In this document: positions 1 through 12,740 of the stretch, piece by piece
How positions within the stretch are numbered: the first letter of the stretch is position 1
How the letters are laid out: each line of letters begins with the position of its first letter
From: Octopus vulgaris
Taxonomy: Eukaryota
NCBI GenBank assembly: GCA_951406725.2
Contig: OX597837.1
Coordinates: 48,112,001-48,176,000, forward strand
Reading direction: 5' to 3'
Length of the DNA stretch: 64,000 bases
Notes under the pieces: model-generated
The model's input: the letters and a program-made list of their open reading frames with translations, nothing else
The model's database searches: none
What the model was told of the DNA's origin: nothing
Program-made: the position numbers and the translations under genes

Positions 1-1540
1 CCCACGTATGGGACTCCAGGGGGTGGGGGGTTCACATGTCCCAAAATTCCGATTTCGCCGATTTTCATGCGGCAGAGCTGTGCTTCAAATTATATGTATT
101 CTTCATTCGATGGTTTTCTGTACAGTTTCCGTCGACTCAATTTTACTTGTATGAATCAAGCTGGGACCAGAAAATGACTCTTGCCTGCAATACCAGAATG
201 AAATCAAAACCGGGGTCTCGTGATTGCGAAGCGAACTCGTTAACCATTCGGCCATACTGTACCTACATCCTATAAATATGCAACGCATACACACATAGAA
301 GAAAACTCTGCTTCTACTATTTGTCCTAAAAAAAAGGACAATGGTACTCTATGACTAAGATGGTCACCGCTGAAACACTTTTGATCATGTCTCGCTGGAT
401 TAAGGTTGATTCTAAGATAACGTTTTGAATCATTTCTGAGTTGAAGCCACGTGAACTGATCGCTATCACTTTGCCAAAGGCTTCAATCTCACTTAAACAT
501 ATTCTCTCTTCTCCTTTTTGACTCCTCTCTTTCTCTCTCCCTTCTTACCCCCCTCTTAAAACAATTCCATCATGAACGAACTTCTGGCTTGCCTCCTGTC
601 ACTCGGCTTCCATTGTTTCAATTTCTTTTTCCAAATCCTTGGAGAGGTATGAAAGCCACGACATATCAATTAATAAAACCATTGAACAGTTACCCAAGGT
701 CGCGAAATGGATTTTCTTTTCACTTCTCCGGAAATCATTCTAAGAGGCGGGATGTCGCCCTCACCCACATTTGTGTTCACATCTTGGTGAAATTAATTTT
801 GCATTTCGTTCTACCGAGGTCGATAAAATAAGTACCAAGTACATCTTTTGAAAACACTGCACTTTCTCTTTCTCACTTAAAATCATGACCTTTATTGACA
901 AACATATCATTCTATCGATCTTGTTTAACCTGCAACTCAGGCCTGATCGAATAGACTCATGATGAAAGGCATACTCGCCATGACCATCTTGTCCTTATAT
1001 TTCTACGCACAGTGTTCCGAACTACATTATCCGGTGTAATTGAAGAGATTTAACTGATATTCTTAGTAGCTTGAGCGACCACGTAGTGTAATACGTTCGT
1101 CTATTCTTAGGTTCCAATCTACTACTACCACCACGACAATCGCCACTATACTCACTGCTGTTTGCAGTATGTGTATTGGTTGTCGTATTGCGTGTAGTGT
1201 GTCTACTGGTTGTAGTATTAGTTCCAAATTACTTCTTGACACAGTCTGTCTCGGATTATATTATCCAATGTACCATTTTTAAAATGACTAAACTTTTTTA
1301 TCAACTCATTCGAGGTTTTTCCTTTTAAACACCGTTAGTAGGGGACAGTTGGATTCGATCTCAGTTGATCGAAATTTTTTCCACTTATTGTGTTACATAT
1401 TTGACACTAACGAGCAATCCTTCGGTATTGTTCTCCAGAGTGTTAGTATGAGGAAACTGTCATTCACCCTCTTTTTCAGCCTAACCTCTTTAAGTCATGA
1501 GGGAAGGTTGTGTGGGTGAATGATGCCGTCTACCAATACC

Positions 1541-1761
1541 TATTTCTTTACTACCCACAAGGGGCTAAACACAGAGAGGACAAACAAACGGATTGAGTCG
1601 ATTATATCGATCTCAGTGCGTAACTGGTACTTATTTAATCAACCTCGAAAGGATGAAAGGCAATGTCAACCTCGGCGGAATTTGAACTCAGAACGTAGCG
1701 GCAGACGAAATACTGCTAAGCATTTCGCCCGGAGTGCTAACGATTCTGCCAGCTCGCCGCC
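1541..1761 (-). mobile_element. tRNA-derived SINE (family A)
   Basis: Reverse complement of the copies at 20489 and 22472; GGCGGCGAGCTGGCAGAATCGTTAGC head, GAGTTCAAATTCC B-box, AAAGAAATA end. Confidence 0.85.
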
Positions 1762-1894
1762 TTCAATGGGGGTGAGATAACCAAAACGTACCGGATTGCC
1801 CACTAACGTATGTGTGATTTGTGTTTTAGCTGTGTACCCTCTCTCTCTCTCTCTCTCTCACTCACACACACACACACACACAATTTCTCAATGG

Positions 1895-2683
1895 GGATTT
1901 TTTCCCTTTTGAATGGCACATGTCAACACAATTTCTAGTTAACTAAACACTTTTAAACTTCGTATACGGGTAGAATGTGTTTATAAAACATCATTTTTTC
2001 TTGGCTTTATTGAGAAAATTCTATATGTTGTAACATATTTCCACTTTAATTTCGAGCATTTCGGCAATTTTAACCAATCGCTGACCTCCATTTGGGGTGA
2101 AAACATTCCGTGCTCTGAATATGTCCCTCGTTTAAGAAACAGATTGGGTTTATTTACATTTGCGAAGAAAAAAAGATACCCTTTCCCCACCCCTAACTCT
2201 AACCCTAAATCTAAAATAAATTTAAATGCAATAGATCGATACTCGGGTTATAATTATGGGTGACAATTTCATACGACACCGCTAGAAAAAAATCCCATTT
2301 TCCGTAGCGGCGTCGTATGAAATTGTCACCCATAATTATAACCCTAGTATCGATCTATTGCATTTAAATTTATTTTAGATTTAGGGGTGGGAGAAGGGTA
2401 TCTTTTTTTCTTCGCAAATGTAAATAAACCCAATCTGTTTTCTTAAACGAGGGACATATTCAGAGCACGGAATGTTTTCACCCCAAATGGAGGTCAGCGA
2501 TTGGTTAAAATTGCCGAAATGCTCGAAATTAAAGTGGAAATATGTTACAACATATAGAATTTTCTCAATAAAGCCAAGAAAAAATGATGTTTTATAAACA
2601 CATTCTACCCGTATACGAAGTTTAAAAGTGTTTAGTTAACTAGAAATTGTGTTGACATGTGCCATTCAAAAGGGAAAAAATCC
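1895..2683. mobile_element. Foldback/long-TIR non-autonomous DNA transposon (near-perfect arms of about 390 bp, spacer of about 20 bp)
   Basis: GGATTTTTTCCCTTTTGAATGGCAC... at 1895 is the reverse complement of the end at 2683; arms meet at about 2285-2304; flanked by the direct repeat CTCAATGG (1887-1894 and 2684-2691). Confidence 0.9.
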
Positions 2684-3849
2684 CTCAATGGGAGTCCTGT
2701 CTACAACTTAGAGTCTGTGCTTCTTTCATCTTCCCCATTACAATGCTCTTATCATCATTATCAAACTATAACCACTGTCAGTCTGTCAGACACCAACGTC
2801 TTCTCTCCCCCACCATAACATCAAGAGAGAAACTCCATTCCACCCACCTCTACTTTGTCATCAAAAAAAAGCAGCCAATTTTCTCTTTAAAAAGTGGGAG
2901 AAGAAAATTTAGCTAATGAAGTCCTAAATACAATCTGAATGAAAGACTAGCCTTAAACGGCTTTCGACACTGCATGTGTGTGTGTGTGTGTCACGCTTCT
3001 GACCACCAGCTGTATCACACGCCACCACTCACCATGACTACCTCGATCCAAACGGAAGGGCTCTACGTGATCGTTCGACCTGCTAGACATAACAGCCAAA
3101 TCCGTTTCAAATCTCGCATACATTGGATAACGTTGGTTCTGAGTTCCATACCCAGAAGAAAATCAAGATGACCACGACAGGGAACTAAACAGCAATACTT
3201 TATCAATCGTTCAACTTGCAGCACCTTTACCACAGTGTTGTTTTGTGTTGGCCGGCAACTAATTAATGGAATTAGAGAAAAGGAAGGATATATATCTTTT
3301 ACAATTCATTTATGTATGTGTGTGTGTGTGTGCTCAGACCCATTGCAATAAACTTTCTACATACTGAGGTGGTGTCCGTTTGGTAACGCAGGCAAAGTGC
3401 ATATGCTTGTATGTATGTGTGTGATACACAAATATACACATTTTACATAAATATATGTATGCAAATTTTACGTAATATATATATATAACCTTTTCAATAG
3501 GTCTGACTCTCAAAAACTAAGAGTCAAAACTATTGAAAAGGTTGCAAGACGCAACGAAAATTTTAGGACAATATAAATAAGAAAAAAGTGGAAATTTTAC
3601 CGGTGAGTGTGTGACATTAATAAGGCACAGAAAGAAAATGACTCTCCCCAGACACAACAGAATATGCTTCAACACACGAACTCATATAAAGAATCTTGCA
3701 AACCAAATCCAAAAACCAAATATATATATAATGTATGCATATATGTGTGTGTGTATAACCAAATAATAACGGACTCAATACATGAATTAGTTTGTATTTA
3801 TTTGAAGCCGATTCTTTTGTTGTTGTTCAGTTTAGTGTGAACGTTTTAT

Positions 3850-4264
3850 GAAACGTTACTCCACACACACACACTCTCACTTTCTCTCACGCGCGCGCGT
3901 ATGTGTCCCATCTCAGCTGACACCATGCATACACATATATGTATGTGTGTGTAGATACACAATATATACACACACACTACACAATACATGCTAAGTGTAC
4001 GCTTCGGCTGACTCACTCTATGTAAACACAATGTTTCGAGGTGTGTGTGTGTGTAATGTCTCCTCCTCCTTAAATATAGAAATGACCTGCCTCGTGCGCG
4101 CGCGCACTCCTTCCATTTGCCAGTCTCTTCCCAACTTCCACGTTGGTTTTTCTTTCTTTCTCCGATCTCGGACACGTCTATTATTTTAGTTTCATTTCTT
4201 CAGTCTTTAACCAAGAATGGAGGATTTTGGAGAGAGATGATGGGGTGGGTTATTGGAAGTGAGT
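3850..4264 (+). promoter_or_regulatory. Candidate promoter and short alternative first exon (coding 4237-4258, MMGWVIG, donor GTGAGT at 4259)
   Basis: CpG/GCGCGC-rich non-TE sequence, TATA-like TAAATATAGA near 4071, ATGATG at 4237, consensus A|GTGAGT phase-1 donor compatible with the 52394 exon; CpG frequency falls downstream (judged by eye). Confidence 0.35.
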
Positions 4265-5695
4265 GACGGGTGTGCAGTGTGAGTGATGAAGAGTGGCAAC
4301 GTGAGGGCGAGTTTATGGATGAATGTGTATGAGACAATAGAGAGAGAGAGAGTAAAAGATTTGTGTATACTGGTGGGTGTGTGTGTGTTGAAGATGAGTC
4401 GAATGAAGATGGACAGAGGCGGGGGAATAAATGTGGTTGTTTGAGAGAGAGAAATAAAATAAGGGAAGTTGTGTGAGATATAAAGATAGGTCCTGTGTGT
4501 GTGAGGGATAATGTTTTAATTAGCACAGGGCACAGAAATGAATTTCTCCCTTCACCTTCTCGCGCTTTCTCCCATCCCACCTCATTTTTCTCTCTTCTAT
4601 ATCTTCTCCGTGCTTATTTCTTCATATAAAAATCAGAAACCGTTATTATAGTAATCATTTCTGATTTAGACACAACGCCAGCAGTTTTTGCGGGAAGCGT
4701 TTTAGTCGATATCATCGACTCCAACACTTGAGTGGTACATTATTTTATCAACCCTAGAGAATGAAAGTCAATGTTAATCTTGGCAGGATTTGAACTCATA
4801 TCCCAGGGTATTTTCTTCGACGCTTTAACGATTCTATTAATGCGAATAATAAAGTACTTTAATAATAATAATAATTTGATTTGCAACCCAGACTATCGAA
4901 GGCCAATCAATGCTATTGACCCCCCCCCCCTCCCAGCACTTAATTGATACACTTAGCATTTATTGATTATCTGGAAGGATGAAAGACAAAGTCGCCTTCA
5001 TCTCCCGCCTTGTTAAAAAGAAGAAAAACACAACACATTAGATAATGTAGTCCGAGATACATTATGTTTCAATGAGACTTGATGGCCACGGTTAGAACGC
5101 CTTTGATAATACGTCTCCTCAAATAAAGTTGAGTGATGTTAAATGAAAACCTAATGCTTTAATATGTGCAAAGAGTGACAGATGGTGAAACAGGGATAAT
5201 CGATCGTATTGATTACAGAAGGAAGTTGTTATTAATCAATGTAAACAAAAAATTAAAAGCAAACTCGAGTTCAGTCGGATTTGAACTCGGAACTTAAAGA
5301 TAACTATCTAAATTCTGGAAGATGATTTTTTCCAATGTTTTATCAATTGTGCCAACCTTTGAAACTATATATTTTGCGATGAATCTCATTGGATTCAATC
5401 AACTCTGACTGTCCAACAGTGAGAGATTGGGTTTCTTCATTCATTTATGTAGGAGTCTTAAAGGATCATTAGTTTGGATAAAATTTGACCTGGGGCTAAA
5501 CAACATTTTCCAATATGGAGAGGGGCTTTATTGGGGCGAGGCAAGGCCATCAGACGAAGTTGACCTCAACATTATTTGGATTCATTCAGAAAGCTAAAAT
5601 GAAAACTGCAAAAGCATTTTATCACATGTTCTGAAACACTACTCTCTTGGTGCACACACACACACACAAATACATATATATATATATATATACAT

Positions 5696-5888
5696 ACTCT
5701 TTTACTTGTTTTAGTCATTTGTCTGTGGCCATGCTGGAGCACCGCCTTTAGTCGAGCAAATCGGCCCCAGGACTTATTCTTTGTAAGCCTAGTACTTATC
5801 CTAAGTTACGGGGACGTAAACGCACCAGCATTGGTTGTCAAGCGATGTTGGGGGGGAGTAAACATAGACACACAAACATATACACACA

Positions 5889-5919
<31 letters not shown>

Positions 5920-6075
5920 GACAGGCTTCTTTTCTGTTTCCGTCTACCAAATCCACGCACAAGGCTTTAGTCGGCCCAAGGCTACAGTAGAAGACACTTG
6001 CCCAAGGTGCCATGCAGTGGGACTGAACCCGGAACAATGTGGCAGGTAAGCAAGCTACTCCTGTGCCTATGGTAT
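5696..6075 (-). mobile_element. SINE (family B) with internal TA/CA microsatellite
   Basis: Reverse complement of 14225-14541; GGTTCAGTCCC B-box-like motif and GGCACCTTGGGCAAGTGTCTTCTAC core; partial copies near 110-270, 10320-10470, 22080-22190, 25600-25930, 30960-31085 and 60830-61000. Confidence 0.75.
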
Positions 6076-8234
6076 GCATATATATATATATATATCCTTA
6101 AATCCTTAAAAATGTTTCAGCCCGAAAGCTGTGGCCATATGTGTGTGTATATCTGAACCACCATACTTTGTCCTTATATACTGAGTACTTCTTCAGATAG
6201 TCTCGTTGTCTTTGTGTGTGCATTGTTGTGCCAAAACGTTTACTTTGCAACATTGGATTCCAAGTTCTTTGTCTAAAACCTGGAATCAATGCAAGACTTT
6301 TGAGTGAAATAAAGATGACACAGATTTCTGAAACCGATGAATTTCCCTGAAGTTTACTTCAAATATACAATGGTATGTGTAAGAATAATAATAATAATAA
6401 TGTCTAGATAATTTTGTCAAGTGAACAGTTGAAGCAGTCGTCCATTGAAATTAACAGAAGTTCATTATCATCATTTGGGTGTGTGTAGTAAATGTGAGTG
6501 AATTCAGTCCCTCCCAACAATTAACCTCCAGTTAGCATTGATAGTCTAAAGCAGCAAGCAGAAGACTACCCAGCTTTAACCAATTGTACCAAATGGGGGA
6601 GCTACTTAAAGTAAGATCTTCCTTGCAATATTCTCTCATGAGCAGGCTCCCTTAACTACAATGAATGTAGAATCTCGTCTTTATTCTTCCAAGTCAATAA
6701 AACTGAATTGTGGCTGTTAATGGAGGAAGATTGCCATAAAGTTCCTTTGTTGTTTTTTGTTTTTAATATTTTGTCTATGACATATTGAGTATTGCTTGCA
6801 GAAATTCATGTAGAAGCACTGATTCCTTAGAACTTTTGGTTGTGCTCATGTTTCAGTACCATACAGTAGCATCTGATGATTGTTACTGGGTCTGTTAACA
6901 TATTGAATCTACTACTTTGGCACAAGTATTACTCAGAAATAAATATAAAGTCTTTAGGTTATTTCTAAACATGAAATAACTTGAATCTGACTCATCTTTG
7001 TTTCTCAGTGTGTAAAACTAGATTTGAAAACCAATCGTAAACATAATCTTCTTAGTTGCTCTCTCTCTCCATTGAGTTTTGAGCAATGTGAGATCTTCAA
7101 GCACAATCATAAGTTTTGTCATAATCGTGTTCCAAGGCCAGAACCACATCTTCAAGCTCCTCTCCTACAGTTCTCATCTGAGTCTGATGGCTTTGCTTTG
7201 TCTCCTACATCCTCTAACTTCCACTCCATAGACACTCTTTCTACTCACTTCTTGGTCATGTCTGTCACACAATTGAGCATCTACTATTTTGTGGTGATGG
7301 TATCTTATAAGTTTCTCAACCTGGGCCTTTACATGACTTCTTTGTGATGTATTCTCACCAAGAAATTCTTATTTCCCAAAAACAATGTCTCTGAAAGACA
7401 TCTGCAGTTTTTAATAGCTTCTGGTAGTCTTTTTTCATATTTCACAGACATAAGTCACCATTTGTATGACATAAAGAAAACAAAAACAAAACCCAGGTCA
7501 ATTAGAAAAATATTTATTGTGGGAAGACTGCTGAAGAGCCTGCTGAAAGGATGCTTGAGGGTCACATGTACCCTTGAGGACCACTGCTTTAGAGATTCCG
7601 GAAAAAATGAAAGACAAAGTTGACCTTGGGATTTGAACTTGGTGCAGAGAGCCAGATGGGTTTCCTAGCCATTGTTCTTACAATTCTGCCAGTTCATGGC
7701 CCCACCAATGTATGACCTTAACACTGTCTTGCATATTCATTCCATTTCACTCATCCCACATTCAGAGATTGTGTTCTGCTGTGATTTTCAGCTTCTTTTC
7801 TGGTGTTTACAGAGTGACAACATTAAATCCAAAGAAACGAGACCCTATAATGATAATAATCTCATCTAAACTACTGACTTGGCTATTAATGTTTGATATT
7901 CACCTTGTTCATAGTAAATTGGTAGAATTACTCAAGCGTTGGACAAAATGACTTTTGGTATTGAATTTTAGCCTTTTATGTTCTGAGTTCTAATACCAGT
8001 GAGGTCAACTGTGCCTTTCATACATCTATACTCTATAAAGTGCCAGTGAATCCTTTTAAGACACGAGTCATGTAAATGAAATCATAAGCCTACAAAGATT
8101 TTGTCTTAATTTCAGACCAAGTTCATAACCATATTATCAAATGTGTCCTTTTATTCAAAAAAGAAAAAGTGGTTTGCAAGGAATTCAGCTGCTATTTCTA
8201 ACAAGCTGGGTGACAACATAGAGGCTCTCTGTGA

Positions 8235-8885
8235 AGTGTTTAGAGTGAAAGACATTTTATGATGCCTGTGTATGTACAGCTATGTTACATAGCAGTGAAA
8301 CATGGGCTTTGACTACAGAGGACTTGCAAAGATGTGAAAGAAATGAAACTAGCATGATCTGCTGGATGGGTAATTTCAGTGTGCATGTACAACAGAGTAT
8401 AAAGAGGAAAACTGGGTATAAGAGACATCAGATGTGTGTGCAAGAGAGAAGACTCTGCTGGTTTGGTCATGTGGTGTGAATGGATGTGGGCAGTTGTATA
8501 AAGAAGTGCCGAGCTCTAATAGTGGAAGGGGTAGACCCTGAAAGACATGCGACAAAATGGTGAGAAAGGATGTTTGGATGCTGTGCTTGATGAGTGGCAT
8601 CAAGCTAAATAAAATCGCTGTCTTCCACACGTACAGGTTTATCCTTTCAGATCCCAGCGCCACATAAAAGGAACCCGTGCTAGTGCTGCATAAGCACACC
8701 CATGTCAGTGGCACATAAAAAGCACCCAGAAAATTCTGTTAAGTGGGTGACATTAGGAAGAGCATCCAGCTGTACAAACCATGCCACAACTAATAATTGG
8801 AGTGTGGGCAGCTCCCAGCTGGCTAGCTCCATGTCAAGCCAAACAACCCACCCACCCATGGAAAGCGGATGTTAAACAAGGATGA
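8235..8885 (+). mobile_element. Decayed 3' fragment of RTE-clade LINE
   Basis: MLHSSETWALTTEDLQRCERNETSMICWM...QERRLCWFGHV, homologous to the 42975 ORF, followed by a degenerate family 3' tail. Confidence 0.8.
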
Positions 8886-9269
8886 TATTCAAGACACTGC
8901 CCCAGCATGGCTGCAGTCTAATGAGTGAAGCAAGTAAAACAAAATAGCATCTAAGTTCTCCATGAAGTGTTTCCTTATAGTTTCTAGGCTTTATTTTGAC
9001 ATTTTGTCCTTGGACAGGTAAAATAAGTTCCAGTCATGAAATACAACCATTCATTGCGACATTTAATAGTATTTTTAGTTGCTTCCTTTTATGTGTCCAA
9101 GTTCAAATCCTGCTCTGGCTCACTTTGGCTTCCTTTCATCCTTCTCTGGTCAATACAATTGACCGACTCTATCCTCTCCATTCAGAATTTGTTACTTTGT
9201 GTCTGCTTAAAATCTGTTGTTCTTTCAAAAATGGGGGATTGTAGAATTGGTGGAGCAGACACAAAACAC

Positions 9270-9660
9270 TTCTCTCTTTTCTTCTTTCATTACTGTGGCC
9301 TTCCTCTCTCTCTTCCTCCTTCTGGGCCTTCCTCTCTCCCTCCCTCCCCCCTCTGGTCTTCCTCTCTCCCTCCCTTCCTCCGGCTGGTCTTCCTCTCTCT
9401 CCCTCCCTCCCTCTGGCCTTTCTCTCTCTCTCTCCCTCTCTCCCTCCCTCTGGCCTCTCTTTCTCTCCTTCCCCCACGACCGTCCTTTCTCCCTCCCTCT
9501 CCCATAGCAGTCCTCTTTCCTTCCCTTCCCCATGGCTGTCCGTGCTCCCCCCTCCCTCAGGGCTTTCTTCTCTCCTTCCCTATCCCTTATACTCCATGCT
9601 TTCCTCTTCCACACTGTCGGCTGCCACTTCCATCGTCTGCTTCTCCATTCATTTCTCTCT
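9270..9660. repeat. CT-rich polypyrimidine low-complexity tract
   Basis: Reiterated CTCCCTCCCTCTGG(C/T)C units; explains the overlapping low-complexity ORFs. Confidence 0.8.
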
Positions 9661-10609
9661 TTACTAACTTCAATGACTGAAAACACGTCAACCTCAGCTT
9701 CTCTTCATTTAAATTTTCTTTTATTGATCTGTTTATTTTATTTCCAACTCACCATCTTCAACTTGACCTTATTTGTATGTTTAACAAATTATTTTCCTTT
9801 TGTTGTATCTGAAACAGGACACTTTTATTGTGGCAGTCATGTTGGACATTTACAATACTCACTCTCATTCACAATAAAGTAATTGTGTGTGTGTCCTCCT
9901 TTTTTTTTTTGCTTCAAAAAGAAATTCTAAGTTTTGTCAAGTTAATATCCATATGGCATATCACAGCCAGCAAGCTTTGCCAACCAAGTTTCTATCTATT
10001 TACATTTAAGCGCATTTATATTCATCCATATCTTCACATAGTTTTTATTTTTCTTAGTTTCACTGAACTTTTGGCAAAATTGTAAATAGCTTGAGTAGTA
10101 AACAACCATGTCTTATAGAATGAATGTGAACAAGGCTGTTTGTTTGAATTGGAGAAGTGCTGCATGTTACTGACTGCCAAACAGTTTCCATTGAACCTAA
10201 TTTTACTCACCTGATAAAATTCATGTTGAGACTGTAGAGAAATAACACTTGATGGGATCAGACCCAAGATCTCATGATTTGTGATAATCATACAGCCATG
10301 CTGTGTCCACACACACACACATATGAACTTCTACAGTATCCATCTGCCAAATTTCACTTGTAAAGTATTATTCAATCAGAGGTCATGGTAGAGGACTATT
10401 GCCCAAAATCTAGACCATGGGGTCGAATCCAAACCCACATAGTTGCAAAGTGAACTTTTGAAATTACACCTGCAATCATATCCTTTTCCTTGAGAGTTAA
10501 TAACTAGATTTTCTTTCTTTTTCCATCTAAATTGAAAATATCTACAAGTGCCCATCATTCAGTCCACATTTTTTTTAGCATATTTACATTTTGGACCATC
10601 ACAGAGCTA

Positions 10610-11660
10610 TTTCAGATTGGCTGTCCATGGGAACTCCTGGATGCTGTTGATCTGAATCTACGAGAGAATTAGGAAATTCCTAGCATGGAAATTATATCTA
10701 GAATTGAGATATCTTAAGATAAACTTGGCAAAGACAAAAGTTTTAGTAAATAGGAAAGAAGATAGGACCTTGGTACCTTCAGGGAAATGGCTTTACTCAA
10801 GATATAGATAAGGAGTTGGTATAAACTCCATGGGCTGTACCCATTGTAAGTTATAGACACACACACAAATGTAGAGGAATCACAGGCAGACTAATGGAGA
10901 ATATAAGCTTTGTAAGTGGAAAAATAGACAAAACTCCACTTCCATCAAGAAAAGGATTTAATAGAAATTTCATACAGTGTTTTCAATGCAAATTATGGAC
11001 TTAAGAGATGCAGTAAAATCTCTTTAACATGTAGATTAACAGAAGAAAAATACTTTGTATGTGACTGATGAGCAGGAACAACAAACACTAAATCTATTAG
11101 AAATAGGTTTTCTCAAATGCCTAGGAGGATCCCTTGAAGTAGCAGATAGTGTTTGTTACTTTGGTGACCTAATTAAGCAGTGGAGGAGGATATTGTGAAA
11201 GTGTTGTAGCTGGAGGAAGTTCAGAGAACTATTATTACTTCAGTAACAAAAGGCTTCTCTCTCAGTGTGAAAGGCAAATGGTATGATGTTTGTCTATGAA
11301 CTGTTTCATGATAGTGAAATGTGAGCCTTGAATGCAAGGGACTTGAGGAAACTGGAAAGAAATGAAGCTAGCGAGCTTTATTGGATGCGCAGTGTTAAGG
11401 TACATGGACAACAAAGAATGAGTCGAGAGGGAAACTAAACACAAGAAGAATCAGACGTAATGTGCAAGAGAGAAGACTGCACTGGTGTGGTCATGTGATG
11501 CCTACAGATAAAGAAGTGTCGTTAGCTTAATCTGGATGGAACTTGTGAAAGAGGAGTTCCAGGAAGGTATAGGATGAAGTAGTGAAGGCTGATCTCTAGA
11601 TGTTGAGCTTCATGGAAAGATAACAAAGTACCAAGGTGATTAGTGATGTACAGTGCTCCT
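10610..11660 (+). mobile_element. Highly decayed RTE LINE fragment (RT end, PHD and thumb region)
   Basis: GGCTGTCCATGGGAACTCCTG (GCPWELL), TGTTACTTTGGTGACCTAATT and GAAAGAAATGAAGCTAGC (ERNEAS) are collinear with the other RTE copies. Confidence 0.7.
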
Positions 11661-12697
11661 CGTGGTGAACTGAGGTTCTGAAATGTCTATACGCATCAGA
11701 ACCCCCCCGACTTTTTCCTCCCTCCCCCCTCATGCTTTTCTTGCAACCTCCTCATCTCCATCGCTTTCCTATATACTCTAGTATTCTGCTGTTGTAATTT
11801 ATTGAGAGCAAAACTACATAATTCATCAATCTTTTGTGTGCTGCTCAGAATTATTTCCTTTAACATTCATCCTTCACTTTTAACATTGTCCCTCTCCCCT
11901 CACATTTATCATTGATCACTCCTCTGACTTACTACTTATCTCTCCTTCTCTCCTTCTGGTTCCTCCACCTCATTGTCATAGGTCTTTCATTCTCCCCACA
12001 CATTCTGGTAACCTAGCCTCCTACTTATCATTCCCCTTTCTTCCTTCATCCTTCTCTCAACTGTATTATCCTGATACTCTTCACCCTTTCTCTACTGCTA
12101 GTCATCACCTCTTCTTCCCTACTATTCCTCCAACTCATATTTATCATCAACCACCCTTCTTTCCGTGTTTACTATTCACCCCTACATCCATCACTACATC
12201 CACTGCTCTCTTTCCTCATTCTTGCAATCTCCAATGGTATTTTGACCCCATGTTCTCTTCTATTCAACTTGTATGTTAAGGCCATACTTGGGCACCTTGT
12301 CATCCCCATTTTTAGTTCTTTCAGCTCCACCTCAGTTGCTCTCATCTGCTCTTGTATAATGCATTGTGGCCATGTCTCTCCTCTACAGCAATAAATCTGT
12401 CCCTGTTCCTTCTCCATTATACTTCTCAACACTTAGTATAAAGCTGTCTCCCCTCTGTTCTATTTCCACTCAGTCAAGGGGTATCTTTGGTTACATGACA
12501 ATCTCACTAGTTCTGGTACCATGGAAAAAGGATTCAATATAGTCTGTAAGGTGGTTAATAGGGAGAGGCATCCTGCAACAGAAACCATGCCAAACTAGAC
12601 CCTGGAGCACAACATAATCCTCTCACTCATCAGATCCTGTTCCAACTGCCCATTCCAGCATGAAACATGGATGCTGAAAGATGATAATGATGACATG

Positions 12698-12740
<43 letters not shown>

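Noticed and set aside
9036-9686. 214-aa and 153-aa ORFs as protein genes
   Set aside because: Products of a CT/GA low-complexity tract; no domain or splice support
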